A model generated the notes under the pieces. The model did not search any database. It worked only from the letters and a program-made list of their open reading frames with translations, and was not told the origin of the DNA. DNA of 64,000 nucleotides from Polyangiales bacterium (GTDB lineage Bacteria; Myxococcota_A; Polyangia; Polyangiales; Houyiibacteriaceae): the NCBI GenBank assembly GCA_045106895.1, contig JBGCFM010000041.1, forward strand, positions 10,585 through 74,584, written 5' to 3'. Position 1 is the first letter of the stretch. Each line of letters opens with the position of its first letter. The position numbers and the translations under genes are program-made. Below, piece after piece: positions 53,526 to 63,057 of this stretch.

Positions 53526-55070
53526 CTAGGAAGAGGTGATATAAACCCAGGTCCCCACCCGCTCCCGGTCCGCAAAAACAGCGTGCCAGGAGGCAGGCAG
53601 ATGAGGCCCGGCCCAGTGGAACACCCAGCGCGCGTCGGCGGGGGAGAGGTTCACGCAACCGTGACTGCGAACGCGGCCGAACTGGTCGTGCCAGAAGGCC
53701 GTGTGAAGCGCGTAGTTGCCTTCAAAGTACATCGTCCAGGGCACGTCTTCGATCTGGTAGGCGCCCTCTTCACTTGTAAGGTCGTCCATCGTCGTCGAGA
53801 CATGTTTCGACTGAATTCGGTAGAGCCCCGTGGGCGTCTCAAAGCCTTCACGGCCCGTAGCGACGGTCGTCGCGTAGACAGGGGTGTCGCCTTCGTACGC
53901 GACGAGGGTTTGCTCGGCCAATGAGATATGCAGCCAGCGGTTGGTCTCGCGGACACGCGGCGGGCGGGCGACGGCGGCGGCGATGCGAACGGCACTTCGG
54001 CGAATCGTGTAGCCCTCGCGATCCACAAGGTAGCTGCTGCCGTTTCGGTCGATCATCTCGGCCACATCGATGGCGGAGTGACGTTCCAGCGTTCCCGCGC
54101 TCTGGTATCTGCGGGTGGTCCCGACGCGGCGAAGTCGATGCGTTCCATCTCGCAGCGTGAAGGCGAGTGGAAGCCGGGAGCCGCCACCGAGGACAACGCC
54201 GTGATGGCGTGACGGAGTGGGTTCGTCGAGGAACGCGCTTCGCACATAGCCGCCGCGAACCGTGCGCAGAAAATCGCTCTGGTCGTCAGGGCTGCGCTCG
54301 TCGATGCTCACGTAGAAGCCCGCGCGCATTCGCTGTCGCACGAAGTCCGGGAGCGTGACGTTCTCGGGCAGAATACGTGGCTCTTCTTGGTCTTCGCTGC
54401 CGGGTGCGGGAGGTGCGTCTACGGAGACATCCTCATCCGAAGCACCAGGGCGGGCGATGTTGTTGAACATGTCCGTAATACGCTCTTCTTCGGCTTCGCT
54501 CGGGAGCCGCCAGAACTGCGGAATGTTCCGCCGGCGCGCGAAGGCGTACTCGTAGGGCAGCGGGTCCTCGAGGGCGGGCTGCACTGGAATGGGCGCGAAC
54601 TCCGGCGGCTGGTCATCGATGAGGGTGCCCTCACTGCGGCACACGTAACCGCCGCCGGGGACCTCGAACCAGCCTCGCCGGCAACCGACACCGGGAACGC
54701 GCTCGGTGGCCCGAAAGCGCGAGCCCCGACGCATATAGCCTGCGACGGGTGCAGACGCGTTCGGCTCGGAACGGACCCGCTGAAGAAAGTGCGTGGTGAT
54801 TCCGTGGTTTGGGTACCGCTCGTCAAAGGCGCGCTCGCTGGCCCGTTCGCTCTCTCGGAGGCGCTCCAGGACGTCGTCGCCGTCATCTGGGCTTACGGGA
54901 ATCGCCACGGCCACCGGAGCGCTGGGCTCGACCAAGGGCTCGGCAACAGCCTGCGCAGACGGCGATTCCGCGTCGCCCTTGCCCGCGTCCACGGGCTCGC
55001 TTGGCGTAGGCCCGCACGCAGTGCTCAGAATGAGCAACAGGAGGAAGCGGAATGAGGCCGAAGGGACCAT
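53526..55070 (-). CDS. L,D-transpeptidase (YkuD domain) with long N-terminal region
   Basis: The C-terminus has the HGCVNLSPADARWVF catalytic His/Cys motif. The start is set to the ATG at 55070, giving MVPSASFRFLLLLILSTACG. The listed longer start adds Arg-rich sequence that does not look like a signal peptide. Confidence 0.85.
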   Translation of the reverse strand: MVPSASFRFLLLLILSTACGPTPSEPVDAGKGDAESPSAQAVAEPLVEPSAPVAVAIPVSPDDGDDVLERLRESERASERAFDERYPNHGITTHFLQRVRSEPNASAPVAGYMRRGSRFRATERVPGVGCRRGWFEVPGGGYVCRSEGTLIDDQPPEFAPIPVQPALEDPLPYEYAFARRRNIPQFWRLPSEAEEERITDMFNNIARPGASDEDVSVDAPPAPGSEDQEEPRILPENVTLPDFVRQRMRAGFYVSIDERSPDDQSDFLRTVRGGYVRSAFLDEPTPSRHHGVVLGGGSRLPLAFTLRDGTHRLRRVGTTRRYQSAGTLERHSAIDVAEMIDRNGSSYLVDREGYTIRRSAVRIAAAVARPPRVRETNRWLHISLAEQTLVAYEGDTPVYATTVATGREGFETPTGLYRIQSKHVSTTMDDLTSEEGAYQIEDVPWTMYFEGNYALHTAFWHDQFGRVRSHGCVNLSPADARWVFHWAGPHLPASWHAVFADRERVGTWVYITSS

Positions 55071-55209
55071 GACTAAGGGGCTCGCACATACCGCACTTAG
55101 GGGTCCAGAAAACGGCAGCTTTTCGGATATTTCGCCCCAAAAGCACTGCACAGACCCTTCAGCGGCGGTGGGCGGTTGACGCCTGAGGTGGCCGCTCGTA
55201 CCACCTGGC

Positions 55210-57393
55210 GTGCACCCCGCCCGTCCGCGCGCTGAGACCTCCCCCTGCCCATCTTGTGGCAAGGACGTAGACGCCCTTCGGGCTGCCCGCGTGGTGCTTT
55301 TGGACAGCGGTGCACGCTATCTCTGCAGTGCCTCCTGCGCCTCGGATTTCCGGCAAGGCAGCCGGCATCATGAATCGTCCCCGGCGCCGGCCAGGACCAC
55401 CTCAGTGCCCGAACAAGTCCGCGAGGCGACCATGCCCCGCATCGCGCTCCAGGCGCGTGAAAACGAAACCGCCGCTCGGCGCGCCCTCGTGGCGCCTGAG
55501 GCTGTGCCAATTCCGTGGAGCGGCATCCTTCTGGCGGCCGCCGGATTTGGCCTGGGCCTCGCCGCCCAGTCGTGGCTTGTGGCCCTCGCTTCTCTCGCAT
55601 GCACGACGCTCGCGTCCGTCGTCGCGTTGATCCGCGGCGCCGGCGCCAGGGCGGATGTCGGCACCGTCGCCTGGGTGGCGGGCCCCCTCGGCGCGACCCT
55701 GGCGGCCATCGCAGGGATGCTCGCGTTCGTGGAGCTCCAACAAAATGCAGGGCTCGCCGGCGCAGCCATCGCAGCCCTCGCGATGGTTGCACGCTCATGG
55801 CTCGACCGACGGGCCAGGCAGCCCGTCGCCGAGGTCGTGCACGACTTGGCCGCCAGCTTTCCAACCCGCGCACGCATTCCCACCAAAGAGGAACACGCAC
55901 GCTACGAAGAGATCCCAGCCTCCTCGCTCCGCGTCGGTTCGGAAATCCTCGTCATCGAAGGGGAAACCGTCGCCGTCGATGGTGTCGTCGTCAGCGGCGA
56001 GGCCAGTGTTCTTATCCACCCAACGGCGGGCACGCCAACGCGAATCAAAGCGGGTATGCGTGTATTGGCCGGCGCCAAAGTCACCGATGGCGCCCTTCGC
56101 GTGATGGCGAGCCGCGTCGGCGACGAACGGGCGTTGAAGCGACCCGTGCGCTACGGCGACGTGCACGGACCCCACGCCGCTCGCATCGCACGACTCGCCG
56201 ACCGCGTGACGCGATACGGCGGCCTCATCGCCCTCGCCGCCGCCCCCCTCGGTTTGGCCCTCACCGGCGACCCCGGTCTTTGGGGAAGCCTGTCCGCCGC
56301 CGCCGCGGTCCTCCTCGCGGCGCCCCTTCTCGCTGCGAGGCGCGGCGCCGAGTCCCCTTTCGTCGCCGCCGCCGCCAGCGCCGGCTCGAGGGGCATCGTG
56401 TATCAGGACGCTCGCTCGATGGAATCCGCTGGGCGCGTCACCACCGCAGCGCTGTCCGCGTCGGGGGTCATCACCGAAGGGAACCCTGAAGTCGTCGGTG
56501 TGTTTCCCGTCGGCGAAGCAGACGTCAGCGAGCTCATCGGGATGATCGCCGGCGCCGAGGCGAAGACGGAGTCCCATCCCCTCGCGCGGGCGCTCATTCG
56601 TTACGCCCAAGCACGCTCTATCTCGCCTGTCCTGGTCCGACGTGCGTCGCGAATCGCTGGGCGTGGCATCACCGCCATCACGCAGGACGGCGTCCCCCTC
56701 GTCGTCGGCACACGTCAGCTTCTCCTCGACGAGGGCATCAGCATCGCGATGGCGGATGCCCTGGCCAAGCGCGCCGAAGAGCGAGGTCAGACGGCGCTCT
56801 TCGTGGGCCTCGGCGGACGCGTCCGCGCGGTTATCAGCTTACAGGACCCTGTCCGACTTGGATCACGTGCGGCGGTGCAACGAATCTTTGATCTCGGCAT
56901 CGATGTCGTGCTCTTGAGCGGTGACCACCGCGCGACGGTCGCCTCCCTCGCCAAACCCCTCGACGTGAACAACGTCAAGGCGGAGCTCCTGCCGAGTGAA
57001 CAGAAAGAAGCCGTGCGGCGCCTTCGCGACGCCGGCGGACTCGTGGCTGCCGCCGGCCGGCTGCCACTCAACGCGCTCCCTCTCGAAGCCGCGGATGTCC
57101 CCATCCTTCTCGACTACGCAGGCTTGCCCGAAGGCGAACGAGGCATCGCCATCGCTGGCGTCGATGTCCGCGACGCGGCGGCGGCTCTGTGGATCGCCCG
57201 TGCCGCGCGCAAAGAGGCCACGCGCGGCGTCGCCCTCGCCGTGGGCGCCGGCGGAATGCTCGTCGCCGGCGCTGCCCTTGGATGGGTGGTCCCCGCCGCC
57301 GCAGCCGTCATCGCCGTTGGCGTCGACGCATTTGCTCTGCCAGCGGGCGCTCGCTTGCTGCGCCGAATCGAACTTCGCTTGCCTTCACGATAA
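55210..57393 (+). CDS. P1B-type (heavy-metal) ATPase homologue with N-terminal TRASH/YHS-like zinc ribbon; catalytic motifs degenerate
   Basis: CPSCGKDV...YLCSASCASDF at the N-terminus. It aligns with CopA-type ATPases along its full length and retains SHPLA (HP motif) and LSGDH. However, DKTGT is SASGV, TGES is TAGT, CPC is APL, and GDGIND is GRLPLN. GTG start. Confidence 0.8.
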   Translation: MHPARPRAETSPCPSCGKDVDALRAARVVLLDSGARYLCSASCASDFRQGSRHHESSPAPARTTSVPEQVREATMPRIALQARENETAARRALVAPEAVPIPWSGILLAAAGFGLGLAAQSWLVALASLACTTLASVVALIRGAGARADVGTVAWVAGPLGATLAAIAGMLAFVELQQNAGLAGAAIAALAMVARSWLDRRARQPVAEVVHDLAASFPTRARIPTKEEHARYEEIPASSLRVGSEILVIEGETVAVDGVVVSGEASVLIHPTAGTPTRIKAGMRVLAGAKVTDGALRVMASRVGDERALKRPVRYGDVHGPHAARIARLADRVTRYGGLIALAAAPLGLALTGDPGLWGSLSAAAAVLLAAPLLAARRGAESPFVAAAASAGSRGIVYQDARSMESAGRVTTAALSASGVITEGNPEVVGVFPVGEADVSELIGMIAGAEAKTESHPLARALIRYAQARSISPVLVRRASRIAGRGITAITQDGVPLVVGTRQLLLDEGISIAMADALAKRAEERGQTALFVGLGGRVRAVISLQDPVRLGSRAAVQRIFDLGIDVVLLSGDHRATVASLAKPLDVNNVKAELLPSEQKEAVRRLRDAGGLVAAAGRLPLNALPLEAADVPILLDYAGLPEGERGIAIAGVDVRDAAAALWIARAARKEATRGVALAVGAGGMLVAGAALGWVVPAAAAVIAVGVDAFALPAGARLLRRIELRLPSR

Positions 57394-57405
57394 GGAAAAA
57401 ATGAG

Positions 57406-58833
57406 ATGAGTAAAAAAGCCTGGGGTGGACGTTTTAGCGAAGAACTCAATTCGCTCGCGCTTCGTTATAGCGCCAGCGTAGACGTGGACTCGCGCCTCGC
57501 GTTCGAAGACATCGAGGGCTCCATCGCCCACGCGACGATGCTCGCGGCCCAAGGAGTCATCAGCGACGACGAGCGCGACGCCATCGTCAAAGGGCTCGGC
57601 GAGATTCGCGCGGAGATCGAAGCGGGGGAGTTTCCTTGGGATGCCGGCCGCGAAGACGTGCACATGAACATCGAGGCCGTGCTCACAGAGCGCATCGGCG
57701 AAGCCGGCGGCAAGCTTCACACGGGGCGCTCCCGCAACGACCAGGTCGCCACGGACATGCGCCTATGGGTGCGCAAGTCCATCTACGAGACGATGGCGCG
57801 CATCGACCGCATGGAGTCCGTCCTCGCGGCGCGCGCGGCGGCGACCATCGACGTACTGATGCCCGGCTACACGCACCTTCAACGCGCACAGCCGATCCGT
57901 TTGGCACACCACCTCTTGGCTTGGGCAGAGATGCTCGACCGTGACCGCGGGCGACTCGAGGACGCCGCACGCAGGCTCAACGAGTGCCCCCTTGGGAGCG
58001 CAGCGCTCGCCGGGACGACGTTTCCACTCGACCGTGACGCCGTCTCCAAGGCCCTCGGCTTCCGAGCGCCAATGCGCAACAGCCTCGATGCGACGGGCGA
58101 CCGTGACTTCCTCATCGAAACCGTGAGCGCCCTCGCCTGCTGCGCCGTTCACCTCAGCCGAATCGCCGAAGAGCTCGTCGTTTGGTCTAGCCAGGAATTT
58201 GGCTTCGTTGTGATGAGCGACGCCTTTACGACAGGCTCGTCGATCATGCCGCAGAAGAAGAACCCCGACATGGCAGAGCTCGCCCGTGGAAAAACCGGGC
58301 GCGTCATCGGACACCTGGTGAACCTCCTCGTCACCCTCAAGGGCCTCCCCCTCGCGTACAACCGCGACCTGCAGGAAGACAAGACGCCCGTGTTCGACGC
58401 CTTTGACACGGTAAACGACACCCTCGAAGTGCTCGCCGGTGCCCTCGCTGGCGCGCGCTTCGATGCGGGGAACATGCGAAGCGCGCTTCGTGAGGGTTTC
58501 CTCGACGCCACGGAGGTTGCCGACTGGCTCGCCGCACGCGGTGTGCCGTTCCGCGAAGCGCACCACGTCGCTGGCAGCCTCGTCGCCCAAGCCGCAGAAG
58601 AGTCCAAGGTGTTGGCGGAGCTGACGTTGGCGCAGTTCAAAAAAGCCCACGCGTCCTTCGACGAGAGCATCTTTGACGCCCTCGACATGGAAACCGCCGT
58701 GGAACGCCGAAACATCTTCGGTGGCCCGGCGAAGATGCAGGTTAGCGCGGCGACGGAGGAGCTTTTCGCGCGCATTGTCGCGCGCGGAGCGGACCCCGCC
58801 GCTCTCTCCGCGGACGCTCGGAACGAACCATGA
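57406..58833 (+). CDS. argH: Argininosuccinate lyase
   Basis: WGGRF N-terminus, TGRSRNDQV, and the GSSIMPQKKNPD signature. Confidence 0.95.
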   Translation: MSKKAWGGRFSEELNSLALRYSASVDVDSRLAFEDIEGSIAHATMLAAQGVISDDERDAIVKGLGEIRAEIEAGEFPWDAGREDVHMNIEAVLTERIGEAGGKLHTGRSRNDQVATDMRLWVRKSIYETMARIDRMESVLAARAAATIDVLMPGYTHLQRAQPIRLAHHLLAWAEMLDRDRGRLEDAARRLNECPLGSAALAGTTFPLDRDAVSKALGFRAPMRNSLDATGDRDFLIETVSALACCAVHLSRIAEELVVWSSQEFGFVVMSDAFTTGSSIMPQKKNPDMAELARGKTGRVIGHLVNLLVTLKGLPLAYNRDLQEDKTPVFDAFDTVNDTLEVLAGALAGARFDAGNMRSALREGFLDATEVADWLAARGVPFREAHHVAGSLVAQAAEESKVLAELTLAQFKKAHASFDESIFDALDMETAVERRNIFGGPAKMQVSAATEELFARIVARGADPAALSADARNEP

Positions 58834-60164
58834 GTCCCGCAACGGCGCCATCTTTTGCGCGGCATGATGTACCGGAGAGCGCGTACTTCCAGTGGCGCGG
58901 AGGCGTCCTTCACTGCGACGGAGTGAGCCTTGAGAGCATCGCGCGCGGCGTCGACACACCGACGTTTGTGTACTCGGGTCGGGCCGTCGACGATGCCTAC
59001 ATGGCGGTCTCTTCGTCCGCGGACAAGGTCGGAGCACGAGCGACGCTCGTCGCCTACGCCATCAAGGCGAACGGCAACCTAGCGCTCCTGCGGCGCCTCG
59101 CGCTCCTTGGTTGCGGCGCCGACATCGTGTCGGAAGGAGAGCTTGCGCGAGCGTTGCGCGCGGGGATCCCCGCCGAACGAATCGTCTTTAGCGGCGTTGG
59201 CAAGCGAGACCGAGAACTTGTCGCAGCCTTGGACGCGGGCATTCGGGCCATCCATGTGGAAAGCGCCGCCGAAATTCACGCCATCGAGGCCATCGCCAAA
59301 GAACGGCGACAGGTCGCCACGTTGGCCCTCCGGGTGAACCCCAACGTCGACGCCGCGACCCACCCGTACATCGCGACGGGTCTCCACGACACCAAGTTCG
59401 GCCTTGAGATTCCGGTGGCGCGCGAACTCCTCACGACGATTGTGCAGAGCGATTACCTTCGCCTAGAAGGGGTCGCCTGTCACATCGGCTCGCAGCTCGA
59501 AACCGTCGCCCCACTCCGCGAAGCGGTGGAGATTCTAGCGTCCTTCGCCGACGAGTGCCGTCACGCCGGAGCTCCATTGGTCTCCGTGGACGTGGGCGGC
59601 GGATGGCCGATGGAGTACGGGTCCGAAGAGAGTCCGTTCCCGTCCCACGATGCGTTCGGCGAGGCCATCGCCGCTGGCTTCCGAGACGCCAGAGTTGACG
59701 TCGGAGACTACGACCTCATCACGGAACCTGGGCGCGCACTCGTCGGCAGCGCCGGCGCGCTCCTTACCCGTGTCGTCTTCGTCAAGGAACAGGGGGGTCA
59801 CCGCTTTGTCATCGTCGATGGCGCGATGACGGAGCTGATTCGCCCTGCACTCTACGAGGCGTATCACGCCGTCGCGCCGGTGCGGCCGCGCGACGGTGAA
59901 CCCGTCGCCATGGATGTCGTCGGGCCGGTCTGCGAGTCCGGAGACTTCTTCGCGCTCGGACGCCGGATCACACCCGTCGAGCGTGGCGATCTCATCGCCA
60001 TCATGGGCGCCGGGGCCTACGGCCGGGAGATGAGCATGACCTACAACGCACGCCCCGCCGCGGCGGAGGTGCTCTGTGAAGATGGCGCGATGACATCGAT
60101 CCGTACGCGCGCGCCCATGGAGAGCCTGTGGGCCGGCGAGCCTGAGGCTGAGCCGGTCCCCTAG
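58830..60164 (+). CDS. lysA: Diaminopimelate decarboxylase
   Basis: AYAIKANGN (PLP Lys), HIGSQ, EPGRALVG, CESGD. ATGA overlaps the argH stop. Confidence 0.92.
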   Translation: MSPATAPSFARHDVPESAYFQWRGGVLHCDGVSLESIARGVDTPTFVYSGRAVDDAYMAVSSSADKVGARATLVAYAIKANGNLALLRRLALLGCGADIVSEGELARALRAGIPAERIVFSGVGKRDRELVAALDAGIRAIHVESAAEIHAIEAIAKERRQVATLALRVNPNVDAATHPYIATGLHDTKFGLEIPVARELLTTIVQSDYLRLEGVACHIGSQLETVAPLREAVEILASFADECRHAGAPLVSVDVGGGWPMEYGSEESPFPSHDAFGEAIAAGFRDARVDVGDYDLITEPGRALVGSAGALLTRVVFVKEQGGHRFVIVDGAMTELIRPALYEAYHAVAPVRPRDGEPVAMDVVGPVCESGDFFALGRRITPVERGDLIAIMGAGAYGREMSMTYNARPAAAEVLCEDGAMTSIRTRAPMESLWAGEPEAEPVP

Positions 60165-60173
60165 CGCTTTGAA

Positions 60174-62057
60174 CTAGAGGATCGACTTCGCGTTACGCGC
60201 CTTTGGGTCGCCGGCGCGAAGTCCCGAGTCGAGACGAGCGGCAGCGTTGATAAGCCCCAAGTGGGAGAACGCCTGGGGGAAGTTCCCGAGGAGTTCACCC
60301 GTGGACGGGTCGATCTCTTCGGCGAGGAGTCCCAGGTGGTTGCTCGCCTCGGCATGCGCCACGAAGACCTCCTGGGCTTCGTCGAGCTGCCCGCCCATCG
60401 CCAAGACTTCCGCCATCCAGAAGCCGCAGAGGACAAACGCGCCTTCGTCACCCGGCACGCCGTCTTCGCTTCGGTAGCGGTAGAGGTATGGCCCGGCGCC
60501 GAGTTCGCGCCGAATCCGGTCTCGTGTCGCGACGAAGCGTGGGTCCTTGGGGTCGACGAGACCGCGAAGCCCAAGAAGCAGCAACGCCGAGTCGACGTGG
60601 TCGTGATCGTAGGCGGCGACGAAGTGGTCGCGCTCGGCGCTGAGCCCCTTCGCACATACATCCGCGTGGACCCGCGCCGCCTCCGCTCGCCAGCTGTCTG
60701 CGATGTTGTCGCCGAAGAGGTCCGCGACATCTGCCCCGCGCTCGAGGGCGAGCCAACTCATCAGCTTGGAGTGGACGTTGTGGCGCACGCCCCCACGAGG
60801 CTCCCAGATGCCGTGGTCCGGCTCGACCCATCGTTCTGAGACGCTCTCCACAACGCTGCGAAGGGAGCGCCAGCCCCGGAGTGTCAGGGAACCACCGGAG
60901 TGTTCGTAGACATACGCGGCGTCGAGGAGCTCGCCGGGAACATCGTGCTGAATCTGGTCCCGCGCTCCGTTGCCCACCCGAACCGGCCCGCTGCCTCGAT
61001 ACCCGGAGAGATGTTCCAGGACGACCTCGTCTGGAACCTCGCCGCCGTCGAGGGTGTACATAATCTGCAGGTCGCTTCGACGACCGAGGGCGTCGCGAAC
61101 GAAGTGAAAGAAGTCACGTGCTTCGCTGACGGCGCCGATGAGAGTGGCCGAACGAATGGCCATCGCGCTATCGCGAATCCACGAGTATCGGTAGTCCCAG
61201 TTCCGAGAGCCGCCGATCCACTCCGGCAGCGAGGTTGTGGGTGCGGCAACCATGGCGCCGGTGGGCGCGTACTGGAGGAGCTTCAACACCAACGCACTAC
61301 GCACCACGTGGTGACGCCAAGGGCCTTCATAGGTGAGGCGTGCAACCCAGTGGCGCCAGTGAATACGCGTCTGGCGGAGCTGCTCGTAGGGGCGATGAGC
61401 CGCGACCGGCGCGACCTGCGGTGCATCCCAAGAGAGGATCATCCAGCGGCGTTCCCCGGTCTTCATCGTGATGCGGGCTCGCATTCCCTCCGAAGCGTCA
61501 GCGGCGGGGACCCACTTGGCGCCGGTGGCCAGCGCGACCATACGCCCGCCGCAGGACCCGGTCGCCAGGACTCCGTCCGGGCTCACCTCGAACTTCACCT
61601 CTGAACGCCCGAAATCGAAGCGCGGATCGAAGGTGAGGTCGAGTTCAACTTCGCCTTCCACGCATTGAATTCGGCGATGCACTTCGCTCACGGCGAGACG
61701 CGGATCTCCGGTCCACGGCATGTAATCCGTGAGACGTACGACGCCTTGACCCGGCACCTCAAAGAGCGTCTCTAGAACGTTCGTGTCGGGGTCGTATCGT
61801 TGCCGCGACACAAAGGGCCGGGCGACCGGGGTGATGCCTGTTTCGCCCGCGCCCTTGCCCTGGTCCAGGATCGCGCCGAAGACGCTCGGTGAATCAAAGC
61901 GGGGAAAGCAGAGCCAGTCGATGACGCCGTCCGCACGGACAAGGGCCGCGCTGCGACCGTCGCCGATGACACCGCGAGCGCCGATGGGGAGCGTTTTCGG
62001 CTCGTCTTCAAAAGTAAAAGGCTCGTTGAGGCGCTTGGCAGCGCTGTACAGGTCCAC
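60174..62057 (-). CDS. Glycoside hydrolase family 15 (glucoamylase/trehalase-like)
   Basis: N-terminal beta-sandwich plus (alpha/alpha)6 region with NWDYRYSWIRDSAMA, IWEPRGG and LLAEEIDPSTGELLGNFPQAFSHLGLINAA. Confidence 0.88.
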   Translation of the reverse strand: MDLYSAAKRLNEPFTFEDEPKTLPIGARGVIGDGRSAALVRADGVIDWLCFPRFDSPSVFGAILDQGKGAGETGITPVARPFVSRQRYDPDTNVLETLFEVPGQGVVRLTDYMPWTGDPRLAVSEVHRRIQCVEGEVELDLTFDPRFDFGRSEVKFEVSPDGVLATGSCGGRMVALATGAKWVPAADASEGMRARITMKTGERRWMILSWDAPQVAPVAAHRPYEQLRQTRIHWRHWVARLTYEGPWRHHVVRSALVLKLLQYAPTGAMVAAPTTSLPEWIGGSRNWDYRYSWIRDSAMAIRSATLIGAVSEARDFFHFVRDALGRRSDLQIMYTLDGGEVPDEVVLEHLSGYRGSGPVRVGNGARDQIQHDVPGELLDAAYVYEHSGGSLTLRGWRSLRSVVESVSERWVEPDHGIWEPRGGVRHNVHSKLMSWLALERGADVADLFGDNIADSWRAEAARVHADVCAKGLSAERDHFVAAYDHDHVDSALLLLGLRGLVDPKDPRFVATRDRIRRELGAGPYLYRYRSEDGVPGDEGAFVLCGFWMAEVLAMGGQLDEAQEVFVAHAEASNHLGLLAEEIDPSTGELLGNFPQAFSHLGLINAAARLDSGLRAGDPKARNAKSIL

Positions 62058-62105
62058 GGACCGAACCTACCAGCTGTGGCCTTCTTTTTTGCCGCGATTC
62101 GACGT

Positions 62106-62999
62106 CTATCGCGAACGGCTGGAACGACGACGTGTTCGGCGGCGGCCAGCGAGCCAGACGCAGACGCCAACAAGCCAAGCCATGCCGCCATCGGCGCCGC
62201 CGGGAGCGCTCACCGAGCACCCCTCAAAGAAGCTCCCCATAATCGGCTCAAAGCACTGCGAGGGCCGGTCCACGCTCATTCGTCCGACACCGTCGATGGC
62301 GTGAACTTCTACGCAGAGCGGTTGCGCGGCCTCTTCATCGGTGATGACGAAAGCCATCGTGATGAGGCCCGTGGTGAAGTTACGGGCTCGGGCACGAAGT
62401 TGTGGCGCGTCCAGTTCTTCGTTTCCGCGAGTCAGGTAGAGCAGGTACTCGATGCTCGCGGCGGCGCCATCGTCGACGGCGGGGTCGAAAGACACGTCGA
62501 CGCGGTAGCCCCCTTCGGGCAAGTCGGCGGACTCCTCAGGGATCCGAGAGGACGTCACCGTGAGCTGCGGCTCGGGAAACTCGGGAGGCGAGGTGTCGAC
62601 GTTGAAACCCGTGGTGAAGGAGAACGCGAAATCGCCCTCGAAATCCCGAGCGATGACTTCGTAGCGCCGCGCGTTGTCGAGGAGGCCTTGCGGCACGAAG
62701 AACACCGTTTGGTCGTCCCCCTGTTGCAGCGTGCCCTCTACAGGAGCGCCGTCGAGGGTGACCTCCAAGCTCGTCAGCGGGTCCTGCCCGGTGAGAGAAA
62801 AATAGCAGCGCGGGTAGACGACCCGGATGAACGCATTGGTCGGAACATCCGTCGCCCCAGATGCCGGCGCCGATTCGACCACGGCGAAGTCGTCTTCGTC
62901 GCATTGGGCGAAGCTCGGCGCTGCGCTCGCGGAGAGCAGGAACGTCACCACGCTAAGCCTGAACAAGAGTGCGCTCACGTGGAGGAGTGTAGAGCACAT
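62106..62999 (-). CDS. Secreted Ig-like (SbsA-type) domain protein with MYXO-CTERM-like tail
   Basis: Signal peptide LLFRLSVVTFLLSASAAPSFAQC. ESAPASGATDVPTNAFIRVVY is Ig-like. The C-terminus is GCSVSAPGGADGGMAWLVGVCVWLAGRRRTRRR. Confidence 0.65.
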   Translation of the reverse strand: MCSTLLHVSALLFRLSVVTFLLSASAAPSFAQCDEDDFAVVESAPASGATDVPTNAFIRVVYPRCYFSLTGQDPLTSLEVTLDGAPVEGTLQQGDDQTVFFVPQGLLDNARRYEVIARDFEGDFAFSFTTGFNVDTSPPEFPEPQLTVTSSRIPEESADLPEGGYRVDVSFDPAVDDGAAASIEYLLYLTRGNEELDAPQLRARARNFTTGLITMAFVITDEEAAQPLCVEVHAIDGVGRMSVDRPSQCFEPIMGSFFEGCSVSAPGGADGGMAWLVGVCVWLAGRRRTRRRSSRSR

Positions 63000-63057
63000 C
63001 GCGTCGCAACGCACCTCTGCCGGACCGCGCCAAGGCGCTGTGCTACAAGCATTCTCC

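Noticed and set aside
55097-56610. Minus-strand ORFs (267 aa, 271 aa and others) opposite the ATPase-like gene
   Set aside because: These are Arg/Gly-rich shadows. The + frame aligns end to end with P1B ATPases.
57763-59037. 424-aa and 254-aa minus-strand ORFs opposite argH/lysA
   Set aside because: They are antisense to two unambiguous biosynthetic genes.
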